This document shows positions 35,731 to 49,550 of a stretch of 64,000 nt of DNA, in pieces. Each line of letters opens with the position of its first letter. Position 1 is the first letter of the stretch. The notes under the pieces were generated by a model. It was not told where the DNA came from. It saw only the letters and a list, made by a program, of their open reading frames with translations, and ran no database searches. The stretch covers positions 36,022,001-36,086,000 of the forward strand of contig JANJGN010000026.1 in NCBI GenBank assembly GCA_026770705.1, in the 5' to 3' direction. Source of the stretch: Isurus oxyrinchus (taxonomy: Eukaryota). Position numbers and translations under genes: made by a program.

Positions 35731-37429
35731 GTGTTTAGAATCATTGGTATCAAGGGAATATTTGCATTTTAAAATAAACCAGACTAGATTGTTTTCAAAA
35801 GAGGGCGTGAAATGTGTCACCTCGCCAGGTGTAGTTTAGAAAGAGTGTATTTGCATATTCCCAAAGATTACTGGTAAAACTTAGAGCTATGAGAGATTTT
35901 TTTTATTTTCAGAAAAATAAAGTCCAAAAACCTAGTGAAACAATGGGAGTTTTCATTCAAAGGGGAAAATATGCATGAAGGAGCAAAGACTGTGTGTAGG
36001 TTAGGCATTTTGAGGTCTAACAAGGGTGAGAAGCCTTCAGCATCTATGCCTCAAACTACTGTCTTCAGTGGACTGAAGCTAAAAGAACTCATTTTGAATT
36101 CGACTTGTTCAGGGTATCATGTTTCTTTGCCTGGGTCTTTTAAAATCTATGCGTCTTATTATTGCCTTAACGAAAGTGTAACTGGGAGTTAGATTAATTA
36201 GCGATGTTAGAAGTTATCTTAGTAGTAATTTGCAGATCTATGTATGTATTTAAGATTATTCCTCCTTTTAATAAGTTTTTAATCTAGTTTTGTAAAAAAG
36301 CTATAAGAATTGGTGACCTTATTACTCCTGAATTCAAGGCATTCATCTCGAAATTTATGCAAACTGCAAACCAAGTTGTGTTTCAACGTCCCCTTTGGGA
36401 TTTGAACAACTCTTCATTTAGCATCGGTAGTGTCATAACAGCATCCAAATAAAATTTCATTGTTGACTTGTGTATAATCCAGCCCAGACACAGGGCCGTT
36501 CAAGTTTCACTGATAGGCATTGGTTTGAGCCATAGGTCAGATGTTGACATTTGACCATCGAGGGCCAGGGGTCAAATGCATCACAAACAGGTGGGATAAA
36601 TGTTTCCACCCTCTTCTGGTGCAGCAGGCCTGTCCTGGGTTGTATCAGCTGTCAGTGCAGGCTGAAAGTTCCATACTCTGATACATTTCCATAGTATAAA
36701 CACAAACTGCAAACAAATGTTGACCGTCCATGGCAACCAACCCACGATATACAAAGCAATCATTCACTGCTAAGCATTTTGTTCTTATCTTTGATGTTTG
36801 TGATCTGCAAAGTAATATCAAACTCTCTGCATCTTTCCAGCTATCTGTCGATTTAGCCATCTCGCCTGTGATCGACAGGTATTGATCAATCTTTGCTCAT
36901 TATTTATCTTTGCATCAACGTTTTCCTCCATATTTTGTTTCTATTTACTTTTGTGTCAGCTATCTATCTCAAAGCTAAATAATTTACTGTCGCTCTATCT
37001 ATCTTATTATGTATATATATATATATATTCATTCGTATCTCGCTATTTAATTAACTATTTTCATGTTATCTATTTTATATCAATCAATTTATCTATCTAT
37101 TAATATTTACCTATGCATCACGCTTCAAGCTGCCTATCTATGTACAAGCTGTGGTGGAAGTGCTGATGGAGAGTGATACATTGTTAGACAGAGAGAAGAA
37201 GAGGGAGAGGGAAGGAAAGGGAGAGAGAGGGAGAGAAAGGGGGAGAGAGTGAGTGAGGGAGAGAGAGAAAGAGAGAGAGAGAGGGACAGAGGGACAGAGC
37301 GACAGAGAGAGAGTTGGTTTATAGGAGGACAAGAAATGGAAATTTCAGTGAAGAGCCTGTCAGGTGTTTAGAGTCCATAATAATACGACCAGTGTCAGGG
37401 AGGAGGTAGGGCAAGAGGGTTGCACATCA

Positions 37430-37700
37430 CGTTGTACTGATACTGATCTACTGCAGGATCAGAGCAAAAGACTGCAATAATGTAATGAGTGAGACGGCAG
37501 CGAGTGGAAGAGGGCAAGAGGATTGAATCTCAGGTTGTACTGATCCCTTGTTTACTGCAGGACCAGGCCAAGAGTCCCTAACAATGTAATGAGTGAGACG
37601 GGGGAGGGGGACGGGGTTGGGGGGGGTGGTTGGGCAGAAGGCACGAGGATTGAATCTCAGGTTGTACTGACGCCTTGTCAACTGCTGGTTGGAACTGGGG
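37430..37700 (+). repeat. Local tandem duplication (~100-130 bp unit, ~2.5 copies)
   Basis: aatgtaatgagtgagacgg and gaggattgaatctcaggttgtactga each occur twice. Confidence 0.7.
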
Positions 37701-38369
37701 TCCTGCATTTGTATTAATGCAGGAGGGATCTTTGTCAATGGACATCTCATTGAGTATTAGCAATTGATCTACTGCAGAATGAATTAGTCCCGATCTCTCT
37801 CTTTCCCTGTAGTACAGTAAATGTGTTATTTGCAAGTAAAAGTTCTGTTTTGAAAGTTACTCTCCAATTTGCTTCCAACTCTTCCAGATAGTGCTTCCTA
37901 CAGTAAAACAAGTCGATGCCTCAGAATTGCCTCTTCGTCTGAAATATTTTGCTTTTTTGCTCAGGTTCATATTCAGCATCCTTTGGTTGTTGATCCTCCA
38001 CCGCTGTTAAAAATAAAATGTTTATAATTGCCCTGTGTAATTTTAAAGACCCCTATAACCTATCGACGTGGCAAGCTTGACTCAGTGGTAAATCTCGGAC
38101 CTCTGATGACAGAGGGTGGGCTATTCATGCCACGTGCAATGGATTTGAGCATGTGATCTAAGGTACTGCTGGACTCTCTGAGATGCTTCATTGAAAGTTT
38201 GGGGGAGTTGATGTCCCAGAGGAGTCAAGGACAGAATATATTTGGCTAAAGCTAATAAACGATAAATTTACCATTAAGTTGCTTGTTGAATGCTATAGGC
38301 CGCCCAGTATTTGGAAAGATAAAGAGAAACACATTTTCAAGTAAATTGAAGAGAACGGGGAGATTAATA

Positions 38370-40040
38370 AAGGATGAGGTATCGAACTCTGGGAGAGAGA
38401 CTGCGAGGTTCTTAAGCAACTTGATATAGGGAGTGGCAAGGTATTGGAGGTGTTGGCAGACTTAAATGTGGACAAATCTCCAGGTCCGGATGATTTGTGT
38501 GTCAGACTGTGGAGGGAGGCAAGGAAGGCGATCGCAGGGACTCTGACCCAAATTTTTAATTCCTCTCTGGACACGGGGGAGGTACCAGAGGACAGGAGAA
38601 CAGCTAATGTGGTTCCACTATTTAAGAAGGGTTGTAGAATTAAGCTAGGGAACGACAGGCCAGTGAGCCTCACGTCAGTGGTAAGCAAACTATTGGATAA
38701 AATTTTGGAGGAGGGAATCTATCTCCACTTGGAATGGCAAGGGTTGATCAGGGACAGTCAGCATGGCTTTGTCGGAGGGAGGTCATGCCTAACAAATTTG
38801 ATTGGATTTTTTGAGGCGGTGACCTGGTGTGTCGATCAGGGTCGTGCAGTTGATGTAGTTTATATGGATTTCAGCAAAGCCTTTGACAAGTTCCTACATA
38901 AGAGGCTTATAAAGAAGGCAAATGCACATGGGATACAGGGTAATTTGATAAGGTGGATTCAAAATTTATTTAGCTGTAGGAGACAGTGGGTGATGACAGA
39001 AGGATGCTTTCCTTACTGGAAGCTAGTGTCCAATGGCGTACCACGGGGCTCTGTGCTGGGTCCCCTATTATTTGTCATTTATATAAACGACATAGATGAC
39101 TAAATGGGAGGTAGGATTAGTAAGTTTGCGGATGACACAAAGATTGGCCGGATGGTTAACAGTGAGGTTGAGTGTCTTGGGTTAGAGTATCATATAGGCG
39201 GGATGATCAAATGGGCAGATAAGTGGCAGATGGAATTTAACCCTGAAAAGTGTGAGGTGAAACACTTTGGAAGGAGCAATTTGACAAGGTAGCATTAAAT
39301 GAACGGCATGACACTAGAAGGTTCTGAGGAACAAAGGGACCTTGCCGTGTGTGTCACTAGGTCTCTGAAGGCAGAGGGGGATGTTAGTGGGGTAGTGAAA
39401 AAGGCATATGGGACTCTTGCCTTTAACAATCCAGGCATAAATTACAAAAGTAGGGAGGTCATGTTGGAGTTGTATAGAACCTTGTTGAGGCCACAGCTGG
39501 AGCACTATGTGCAGTTCTGGTCGCCACATTATAGGAAAGATGTGATTGCACTGGAGGGGGTGCAGAGGTGATTCACCAGGATGTTGCCTGGGGTGAAATA
39601 TTTAAGTTATGAAGAGAATTGGATAGACTTGTTTTCGTTGGAGCAGAGAAGACTGAGGGGCGACCTGATCGAGGTGTACAAGAGTATAAGGGTCATGGAG
39701 AGGGCGGATAGGGAGCAGCTGTTCCCGTTAGTTGAAAAGTCAGTCACGACTGTACATAAGCTCAAGGTGACAGGCAAGAGGTTTAGCGGGGATGTGAGGA
39801 AAAGCCTTTTTACCCAGAGGGTGGTGACGGTCTGGAATGCATTGCCTGGGAGGGTGGTGGAGGCGGGTTGTCTCACATCCTTTAAAAAGTGCCTGGATGA
39901 GCACTTGGCACGTCATTACATTCAAGATTATTGGCCAAGTGCTGGTAAATGGGATTAGATCGGTAGGTCAGGTGTTTTTCACGTGTCGGTGCGGACTCGA
40001 TGGGCTGAAGGGCATCTTCTGCACTGTGTGATTCTGTGAG
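38370..40040 (+). mobile_element. 5'-truncated CR1 LINE with RT domain
   Basis: KSPGPD, RPVSLTS, QHGF..RSCLTNL, YMDFSKAFD, PRGSVLGP, KFADDTK; several stops. Confidence 0.94.
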
Positions 40041-40049
40041 TTTACAATT

Positions 40050-40780
40050 GCCGAATATAGTCTGTTTCTGCCTCTACTTCACCAACAGTATTTATCACCA
40101 TCAGGGATTTTTCCAACAAAATACCCGCACCATCAGTAAGACTGCCTTCTTCCACAACCATAGCAATATCCGTCTCATCCACAGTCTCAGCTCATCTGCT
40201 GATGGAAAGCCATCTATGCCTTTGCTATTTATAGTTTTGACTACTGCAACGTGTCCCTGGCCGGTTTCCCACGTTCTGCCATCCATAGACTTAGCCTCAT
40301 CTAGTACTCTGCCTGCTGCCCAAGCCGTAACTCGCACCAAGTCTCATTCATTCAACATCTCTTGTGCTTGCTAATCTACATTGGCTCTCGGTTGAGCAGC
40401 ACTTCATTCTGAGAATTCTCCTCCTTATTTTTAAATTTCTATATGACGTCCCCTCCCTCTGCCTGTAACTCTCTCCAGTTATAATGCGCTTGCACATATC
40501 TGCACTCTTGCAAGCCTAACAATTTGTACATTCCCCATTTTAATGACTCCACCATCGGCGACTGTGACTTCAGCTGCCAAGGCAATGAACTATACAATTC
40601 CCTTCCCCTCTACCTCTCTATATCTCCTTCAGAGGCTTCTTGAAACCTATCCCTTTGACTAATGGCTTTACCTTCTGCAATGATATTTTCTTATTTACCT
40701 CGCTATTAAATTTAGTGAGAACACTCACATGAAATGTGTTTGATATATTGATACTCTGAAGGCGCTGTATAAATGCTCAG
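40050..40780 (+). mobile_element. L2-like LINE 3' fragment
   Basis: SKTAFFH..NI.. region and tail aaggcgctgtataaatg. Confidence 0.65.
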
Positions 40781-41389
40781 TTTTGAGAGACAATAAAGTA
40801 GTTCTAGTTGGTGTTGGTTCATACATTTTAACTTCTCTTTGGCAAAAACAAAAAGACAGGGATAATCGGTTTCACATTAAGATACAGGTTTTATTGGCTA
40901 TGGATCCTATAATTACAACTACAACATTCATCAATCAAAGAACACTTCACAGTAAACTCCAACAGCCCATGAAAGAAACAGACAATGAAAATTAACATCT
41001 ATGTTGACAAACCAGTCGTGTTTCCCCTGAAGAAGCTACTAATTACTGAATCGTTCAAGTTGAACACATGCAAGTGTCTATGTAGAGAAACCGAGACATC
41101 AACCAACAGCGAATAGAAAATAAGCAGCGCAAATTCCAATCTAATCCTTATGCCCTATATTTATTTCCCATATGCCTGCATTAATTGCAAACAAATCTCA
41201 CTGGTCACTCTATTCTCATTGGCGATTATTAATTCCACTCTTACTCTATGACACATTCTGCCCCTCCAGCACTGCATTACTTAGAACGAAGCACATCGAA
41301 TATTTCATCCTCATGGCCATGTATTAATAACAAAGCAATCTCGCAGATCACGCTCTGCCACGGCCCCGTAGTTCTCTCACTATGAATCA

Positions 41390-42000
41390 CAGGTGGGATA
41401 ACCACCACCTGGAGGTTCCCCACCAAGCCACTCACCATCCTGACTTGGAAATATTTGGCCATTCCTTCACTGTCGTTGGGCCAAAATCCAGCATTTATTT
41501 CCCATCCCTAATTGCACTTCAGAAGGAGGTGGTGAGCTGCCTTCTTGACCAGCTGCAGCCCTTGTGGTGTAGGTACATTCACATTGCTATTGGGGAGGGA
41601 GTTCCACGAATTTGATCCAGCAACAGCAAAGGAACGGCGATAAGTTTCCAACTCAGGTTGGTGAATGACTTGGAGGGGATGTTCTACGTGGTCATGCTCC
41701 CATATATCTGCTGCCTTTGTCTTTCTAGATGGTAGTGGTCGTGGGCTGGAAGTTGTTGTCTAAGGAGCCTTAGAGAATTCCCGGAGTGCATCTTGTAGAT
41801 GCTGCACACTGCTGCTACTGTGGTGGTGGAGGGAGTCAATGTTTGTGGTTGTGGTGTCATTCAAGTGGGCTGCTTTGTCCTGGACGGTGTCAAGCTTCTT
41901 GAGTGTTTTGGAAGCTGCACTTATCCAGGCAGGTGGGGGGTATTACATCATACTCCTGACTTGCGCTGTGTAGATGGTGGACAGTCTCTGAGGAGCTTTT
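41390..42000 (-). mobile_element. CR1/L2-group LINE 3' fragments
   Basis: Same family as 12950-13200 (gctgctttgtcctggacggtgtcaagcttcttgag). Confidence 0.75.
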
Positions 42001-43086
42001 CAAAAACAAATTTGGATTTTGAAAATTAACGTTTTGTCCCGCTCTCTCGACATAGCCCAGCATCAATTTTAAAGTAGACCCACACTATACCAACTCCCTG
42101 TAGCCCGATGTTAACCCAAAACAACTCTCAGGGCTCCCTCCCTACCCTATCAGCAATGGTCAATCCCAAAATTAGTAAAAATAAACCTAATAATTTGTTT
42201 CCCTCTTTTTGTTTCTCTGGCCAGTTGCTGCATGCCCAATCTGGCAGATATGTCATTCTGGACTCGGCAAGCTCAGTCAGTAGCGCTGCTGCCATCAGTC
42301 TTGTTCAGGGACATTGAAGACCATCACCCGACTATTTCCAATGTCGTTGTGTCCCTCAGCGCTTCTTCCACGTGGTGCTGAATACAGGGGGACATCGATT
42401 CACCAGTCGATAAAAGGACGTTTCATGATAATCAATAAAAGGCTTCCTTAACCTCCCGGCTATATATCAGTGTGCCGCAACCTCTGGGCAGTTTAGCTTG
42501 TTAGTGGGATAAGACATACCCAGAAATGATGATGGAGGAGTCTGTAAGTACGCTAATGAGTAGTCTGTTGCTTGACTTTTTGGTAGGGCAGCTGTCCTAA
42601 TTTTGTCACGAGCCCCCAGACGGTATAGAGAAAGACATAGCACGGTCGAATGGGCAGATTTTGCTTTTGTCTTTTCTGGTGTCTAGGTTGATATCCGGCT
42701 TTATTCCTTTTGAACTTTCTGCAGTGGTTTGGTACCATTGAGTGGCCTGTTGACGAATTTCCAAGGGCAGCTGAAAGTCACCCACATTGCTCTGGGGTTG
42801 GAATCACATGTAGCTCAGACAAAGTAAGGACGGCAAATTCCCTTCCCTAAGAAATATTAGTGAACTAGATGATTTTGTTTGAATGACAATCCGACAGGTT
42901 TCATGGCCACCATTAATGAGGTTTGCTTTTGAGCCCAGGTTTAATAATTATTTGAATTTAAATGTCTCCAGTCGCTGTGGACGGATTTGAACTCAAGTCC
43001 CAAGAGCATTAATCTGGGTGAGTGGATTAGTAATCCAATAATATTGACTCAGGTCAATATGGGCTCTGCCGTCCCTGCACCACGTG

Positions 43087-44078
43087 TTACTGGCGTGCTC
43101 TACAGCAACCCGCCTTCCATTGAAAAGTTTGGGACCTGAAAATGTAGAGCAGTGGATTAAGGATGGTGTTCAGGAAACTGATGGCCCAGGTATACGGACG
43201 AACATTACAAATGTACCAACTCACGGTTTCTTTTGTGGGATCCAGCAGGCTCTTCAGAATAAAAGACATTTCAGTGACGTGATATAGGGCAACACAGATA
43301 AGCAGAAGAGCCAACATTGCCCAAATGGTTCTCAGCACTTTCTTCTTCATCATTTCCATAGATTCCTTCCCAGTTCCCACTTCACTCAGTTTCTTTGCAC
43401 TCAGGGCATAGCAGGTCAAAAGGATTAGGATTGGGATGAAAAACACCACAATTTCTGGGCACAGCATAAGCACCAGTTTCTGCTCCCAGGCTGAAACCTG
43501 AGTACTGCATGTAAATGAGTTGCCCAACGGGCTTCTTGCAAGGAAAAAGACCACCAAGCTCAGGGTGAGCATCGTCAGCCAAGCTGCTATTGACAGAACA
43601 ACGTAATATCTGGGCTTTCTCCAGGCATGAAACTTGATGGGGTTGACAACAGCGATGTACTGGTCAATAGCAATGCAGGTCATGAAGAATGGGCTGCCAT
43701 AAAGGCTGATTATGTTCGTCCAATGACGAAATAGTCAAGTAGTTGTACTGAAATAAATGAATGTATAATTTTCAGAATGGTAATTGCAGAAGCCAGGATT
43801 ATAAAGATGTTCATGATGATTAAGTCCAGAAGGAGGACATCAGTGGGCGATGAGATTTTCTTTCCTTTGATATGCCATAGTGCAACTGAGTTCGCAGTGA
43901 TACCTAATAGGAAGCATGGGCCGAGAAAAATGGGAATGACAAGCAAGTGCATCATGAAAGTGACTTCTTCAGCGTTGCCCATCGAGGCTCCAAGGCTAGC
44001 ACTTCCAGTCTGAATAGTTGAGTTGATTTCCAACCAGGTTCTGGTGATTGTTACATTCCAGGTCACAAAAAAAGCCAT
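43087..44078 (-). pseudogene. Intronless class A GPCR of the P2Y/LPAR-like (delta) group, full 7TM span with one frameshift at ~43712-43736
   Basis: LLGITANSVALW (TM1), SLYGSPFFMTCIAIDQYIAVVNP (TM3), EIVVFFIP..CY (TM5), KKKVLRTI..ICVALYHV (TM6), NTILNPLLY (TM7). ORFs 43710-44078 and 43087-43683 join by one frame change. Confidence 0.85.
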
Positions 44079-44474
44079 TGGTGTTCTGACAAAAATGTAG
44101 AACAGCCAATCAAAAAACGTGGAGTAACTTCCAGCAGATATTGCCCAATCACGGTTGAGATTGCAGTCTCAGCTTATTGGTTTTTGAAGGAATAAACTGG
44201 ATCTCAATGTCATTAAGCCTCTCTCAGTGGTTCAGTTCGCATGAAGATCCCATCAGAAAACAGTGGAAACCAATTCTGCCAAGCGATTCCTCTGGCAACT
44301 GGTTACAGGATTCCAAAGATTGTGAAGGACTCAGAAGCCTGAAAATGGACATATATGCAGAAAGCTGTTGAATTGTGAAATTTCCTGTATTGCGAATATG
44401 AGAAAGTTGGATAAATCTCTCAATGTCTTTCAGTGAACCTCTCTCGGGGATATATCTGCCTATTATCTATCCAT

Positions 44475-44910
44475 TAGGGTTTAGAAGAATGAGTGGTGAA
44501 CTCATTGAAATATATAACATTTTAAGGGGACTTGACAGGGTTGATGCCTAGAGGGTGTTTCCTCTTGTGGGAGAGACTAAAACGAGGGGACATGGTTTAA
44601 AAAACTAAGCGATTTACCTTTTAAGACAGAGATGAGGACATTACCTTTCTCCCAGAGGTTCGTTCGTCTGTGGAATTCTCTTCTTGAGAAAGTAGTCGAT
44701 GCTGCATCTTTAAATTTATTCAAGGCTGAGTTAGATAGATTTCTGATGCACAAGGTAGTCAAGAGCTATGGGCGGAAGACAGGAAGTTGGAGCTGACAGC
44801 AAGGTGGTGCTGACAGCATAACCAGATCTGCCAGGATCATATTGACTAGTGGAGCAGGCTCAAAGGGCCATATCGCCAGCTCCTGCTCCTAAGTCATCTG
44901 TTCCTATGTT
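44475..44910 (+). mobile_element. CR1 LINE 3' tail
   Basis: tttagaagaatgagtggtgaactcattgaaa..gagcaggctcaaagggcc. Confidence 0.8.
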
Positions 44911-47109
44911 CCCACTAACTGCACTATCGATGGCCACACCCTCAAACAGATGTTGTGTAGTGAAAGGTGCATCTCAGGGAGATATTTGTGCGTTGAAACG
45001 GGACTTTCGTTGCTGCAACACTGACCTTTACACATATATATATACATTGCCTATGAATTATCTGCCTTTTTATTCCCTTGGTATTCCTTCTTTTCTTCAC
45101 ACTCATCTCGTTACTGTCACTCTTCTTGTCTCCTCGGAATCATAGTAGCTGAGAATCTAAATGTTTAACAACTGCTCATGGAGATGGGCATCGCTGTGGA
45201 AAAATCACAAATTTTATCCAAAAGCTCAATCTAGTGTAGAATCTGTCACTGTCTTGTGTATATCTATATCTAACATGCATTTTCCTTGCTCCGTCTTTCC
45301 CTTTCTTCTCCTATCTTTCTTCCCTCACTCGCCGTATGTTGAGCTCTCTATCTCACTTTCTCTGTTTCCCTGTCTCTAAAATTGCTCTGCTCACCTCAAT
45401 GCTATTCTATCTTCTTTTTCATTCAATTTTTCGCTTTATCTCTTTCTTGGGCTTTGCATCTGCCTCTCTTCTCCCCTCTCTGCACTTCATTCTCTGCGTC
45501 TTGCTCACTAAAAATTGTTTGTTAATTTATCTCTTCTTATCCCTACCTACTCTCTAACTTTCTGTGTCTTTCTCTCTGTTTCTGTCCCTCTCTCCTTCTC
45601 CCTGTCTCTCACAGTCTCTCAGTCTCTCTCTTTCTGTCTTTCTCTCTATGCCTCTCTCTCTCTCTCTGTATATGTATATATATATATAAACGCATATTTA
45701 TTTTTTTTCTGACTGCACTCTGTTCACTTTTTTCAGACACTCTTTTTGTCATGAATTTATTTCCCGCTCACTATCTGTGTGTGATGTTTGCACCTCCCTC
45801 TGATTAACGGCCAAGTGGTGATGCTTCATTTTCAGTCTGTTTACCTTTCTTTGTCAATAGGAGTTTCCATTTTACACCATTAACCATTCTGCCCGACATG
45901 ATGTCAAATTCTTCAATTTTGCTAAATATTAACCGAGAGATCAGAACGCACCAAGGCACAACTGGTAACATCAACAATCCCGTGCACTTTCAACTTCCTT
46001 TCCCACAATCTATCCACCCATCGGTCCTCTCAAATCACACATTTCCATTCGCTGCACCACATTCTGGATTCCCAGCCATTTTAGCCAAGCCATGCTCCCT
46101 GCTTATCAATGTCTGCTCTCCGCTCACCCATGTCTGAATTCCTCGCACCCATCCCAGCTTTAGTCCACAGGCCTGCATCCTGCTTATCCACTCCTGCTTA
46201 TTCATCTCCACTTTCCGTTTGCCCACACAAGCGCTCTGCTCAGGAATCTCTCACTTATCCTGCTCTTGAACCACCCATCCCCTCTCTCTATCATTGGCAG
46301 TGACCATCCCAGCATGGACCTACCTTTTAACCTGCTGAAAGTGCCACTCACCTCCCGCTTCTTCTTAATCGCTGAGTATTGGAAAGAAGTGTTTCTCCCC
46401 CCTTGCACATCGACTGTGCTGGAGTCGGGGAATGTCCAAGTGGTATACAAATTAACCTGTTATTGCAGTGGACAATCGGTTTGAATGCAAGTGGGAAGCG
46501 AGAGGCTTCAGGCCATCCTTCAGGCAACTTGCAAAAGGTGCAAGCAGTTGTTGGGATTCGTTGTCTTTTACAGCTCCTGATCTGCAGTTGGTGCAATTAC
46601 TCTACTCGTCCATGACATGAGAAACTCAGGCTCCTCCCACTCCTACATTGAAATTATTGCTGATCTCCATCTCAATGTAAATCAATTATTGTGGAACTGG
46701 TGGCTTATTGTCAACTCACCCCTGGGATTAGAGTTTTAACCCGGCTGTAGACAGAGAGGATGGAGTTCTCCTCTCTCTCCTGCGTGACTGCTTTGGATAG
46801 AGAAACAGGAAATGACTTTACACCCTCTTTGCCCTGGGGTCAGCTGAGATTCCCGTCACCTTGCCTCCTTTCGTTTTCTCTATTGTAGGCCCTGTAGCAC
46901 ATATGCTGTCATTATGCAATAAAATTCCCAATACTGGCAGGCCACCTAATTCTATTACATTGTTCGAGACCCTGACGTCCAGTTTCACCGTTCAACATAT
47001 CAGGTGTTACTCCACACTGGGGTTTCCAAACCCTTAGGGCGACACTCAGACTTTTGCATGTTCTCCACAATGACTGCAAACAGAACTGTTTGACCATGGA
47101 GCGGGTGCA

Positions 47110-48060
47110 TTGGCACAGTTGTATATGACTTGGCTAGTATTTCAGAAACCCAGAATGGCGCGCTGGGGACTCAGGTTCGTATCCCACCACAATCAATAAT
47201 AGAATGAAACGTCTGATAATGACCACGTGCTATGCCAGTTGCCTGTTTCATTAATGTCCGCTCCACAGGGCAATCTGCTGCCCTTACTAGGGCTGGCTTG
47301 CATATGATTTCAAATTCATAGCAATGTGGTTAGTACTTAAATGCCCTTGGGCAATTCGTGATGGGTAATAAATTGTGGTTCCTGCATCCCATGAGTAAAA
47401 AAGCTCAAAGTGACTGGGTGCCCTTGATTACTTTTCTAATTAGCATACCATTTTTAAAAATTTGTTCACGGAATCTGGATGCCACTGACAAGGCCAGCAT
47501 TCATTGCCCATCCCAAATTGCCCTTGAAAAGTTATTGTTGAGTTGCCTTCTTTAACCGCTTCGGTCCCTGTGATGTAGGCACTCCCATATTACTGTTGGG
47601 ATGGGGGTTTTGATCCAGTGACAGTGAAGTGGCGGTACATCTTCAAGCCAGGACGGTGTGCGGCTTGAAGTGAAACTTGTACGTGCTTCCATTGTCCACC
47701 TGGATGGCAGGTTTGGAAGGTGCTGTAGGCAGAGTCTTGTGATCTGTTGCAATTCATCTTATAGATGGTGCACACAGTTGCCACTGTGCTTTGATGGTGG
47801 ACAATGTGATTCTTTAAAAATGTGGTAGATGGCTGCCAATCAAGCAGACTGCCTTATCAAGGTGTGAAATTCTTGAGTGTTGTTGGAGCTGCAATCATCC
47901 AGGCAAGTGGGGAGAACTCCATCACACTGAAGACTTGTGCTTTGTAGATGGTGGCCAGGCTTTGTGGAGTCAGGAGGTGAGTTAGTCACTGCTGAAATCC
48001 CAGCCTCTGACCTACTCTTGTAGCTACGGTATTTATGAGGCTGGTGCACTCCAGCTCCTG
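47110..48060. mobile_element. tRNA-type SINE head (+) followed by CR1/L2-group LINE 3' fragment (-)
   Basis: tggcacagtt..ggctagtatttcag..ggttcgtatcccacc head; 47450-48060 matches the 12950 family. Confidence 0.6.
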
Positions 48061-48559
48061 ATAAATTTGTCCTTCGCCTGCTTATCTCTTCCCCCTGCTT
48101 ACTAAACATTTTTTTTAGATAGAATTACGAACTTCAAAATAGACAGAGCGTATAGCTACCCGAAGGCCCTCCATATCTATAGCTCAGTGCACTCGGGGCA
48201 TTAACTGGTAGAATTCTACACTAATTATATGCTTATCGGTTTTAACGCTGCAAAAAGAAAGCTGCTTGGTAGAATTATTAGGAGTTTGACCTAGGATTGC
48301 TTGGATATAAATCTTTTTTTTACTGGATGCAGGCGTCCATTATTAGCCACCCTAATTGTCCTTGTCAGCCTCAGCCATGTGCTGTGAGATTAGAGACGCA
48401 AGTAGTCCAAGTTTCTTCTAAATATTTAATAATGGGCATTAGATTTGTAATCTGATTTCAAATTCCATCACCAGATGCGAACAGCGGTTCCTGGGATACT
48501 AACCCAGTGACAGCACCACTGCACCCTCGCCTCCCCTCTCCCTGTTAGTGAAAATGTTA

Positions 48560-49550
48560 GACAGACTGAGCTTCTTCGGAGTTTCGAAGAATGGGGGGTG
48601 ATTTAATTCAATATAAGTATGAAGAATAAAAGCAAAAAACTGCGGATGTTGGAAATCCAAAACAAAAACAAAAATACCCGGGAAAACTCAACAGGTCTGA
48701 CAGCATCTGCGGAGAGGAACACAGTTAACGTTTCGAGTCCGAATGACTCTTCATCAGAACTAAATAAAAATGGAAAAGAGGTGAAATATAAGTTGGTTTA
48801 AGGAGGTTGTGACAGGTAGAGCTGGAATGGGGGGCAGTGATAGGTGGAGATTGCCCAAAGATTTCATAGACAAAAGGACAAAGAGGTGTAGACGGTGGTG
48901 ATATTAGCTAAAGAATGTGATAATTGTGACATTAAGGGTAGAAAGCAGGACGAGCAAGGTATAGATAGCCCTAGTGAGGGTGGGGTGGGGGGAAGGGATC
49001 GAAATAGGCTAAAAGGAAGAGATAAAACAATGGATGGAAATACATTTAAACATAATGGAAATAGGTGGGAAAAGAAAAATATAAATAAAGTATTGGAAAA
49101 AAGGGGGTTGGGAAAGGGGGTGGAGATGGGGAACAGAGATCATGATCTAAAGTTGGTGAAGTATATAAGATTCTGAATGGTACTGACGAGGTGGATGTGG
49201 AAAGTATGTTCCCTCTGGTGGGTGAGTCCAGAACTAGGGGGCACTGATTGAAAATTAGGGGTTGCCCTTTTAGGGCAGAGATGAGGAGATTTTTTTCTCA
49301 GAGACTTATGTGACTTGGGAATTCTCTGCCTCCGACGGCAGTGGAGGTGGAGTTATTGATTTTTTTAAGGCAAGTGTACTTTGATTCTTGTTAGGCAAGG
49401 GAATCAAAGGTTATTGGGGATAAATGGGAATGTGGAATTCTAAACACAAACAGATCAGCCATGGTCTTATTGAATGGTGGAGCAGGCTCGAGGGGCACAA
49501 TGGCCTACTTCTGCTCCTAATTTGCATGTTCGTTTGTATGTTCGTACATT
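48560..49550 (+). mobile_element. CR1 3' tail interrupted by a Penelope-type element (~48620-49157)
   Basis: The CR1 gatttaatt..|..gaagtatataagattctg junction is split by a ~540-bp insert beginning aaaaaactgcggatgttggaaatcc. Confidence 0.75.
48723..48761 (-). ncRNA. Minimal type I hammerhead ribozyme motif (Penelope-associated)
   Basis: Minus strand AGTT-CTGATGA-A-GAGTC-ATTCG-GACTC-GAAA-CGTT-AACT: canonical core, 5-bp stem II, 4-bp stem I, palindromic AACGTT at stem III. Confidence 0.75.

Noticed and set aside
35740-36440. Possible solo LTR ending TGTCATAACA
   Set aside because: Only a 3' end resemblance; no 5' boundary, TSD or internal sequence could be identified.
43087-44078. Olfactory receptor identity for the embedded GPCRs
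   Set aside because: OR motifs (LHxPMY, MAYDRYVAIC, KAFxTC) are absent; motifs fit the P2Y/LPAR group, and the 21.9-kb gene fits GPR139/142.
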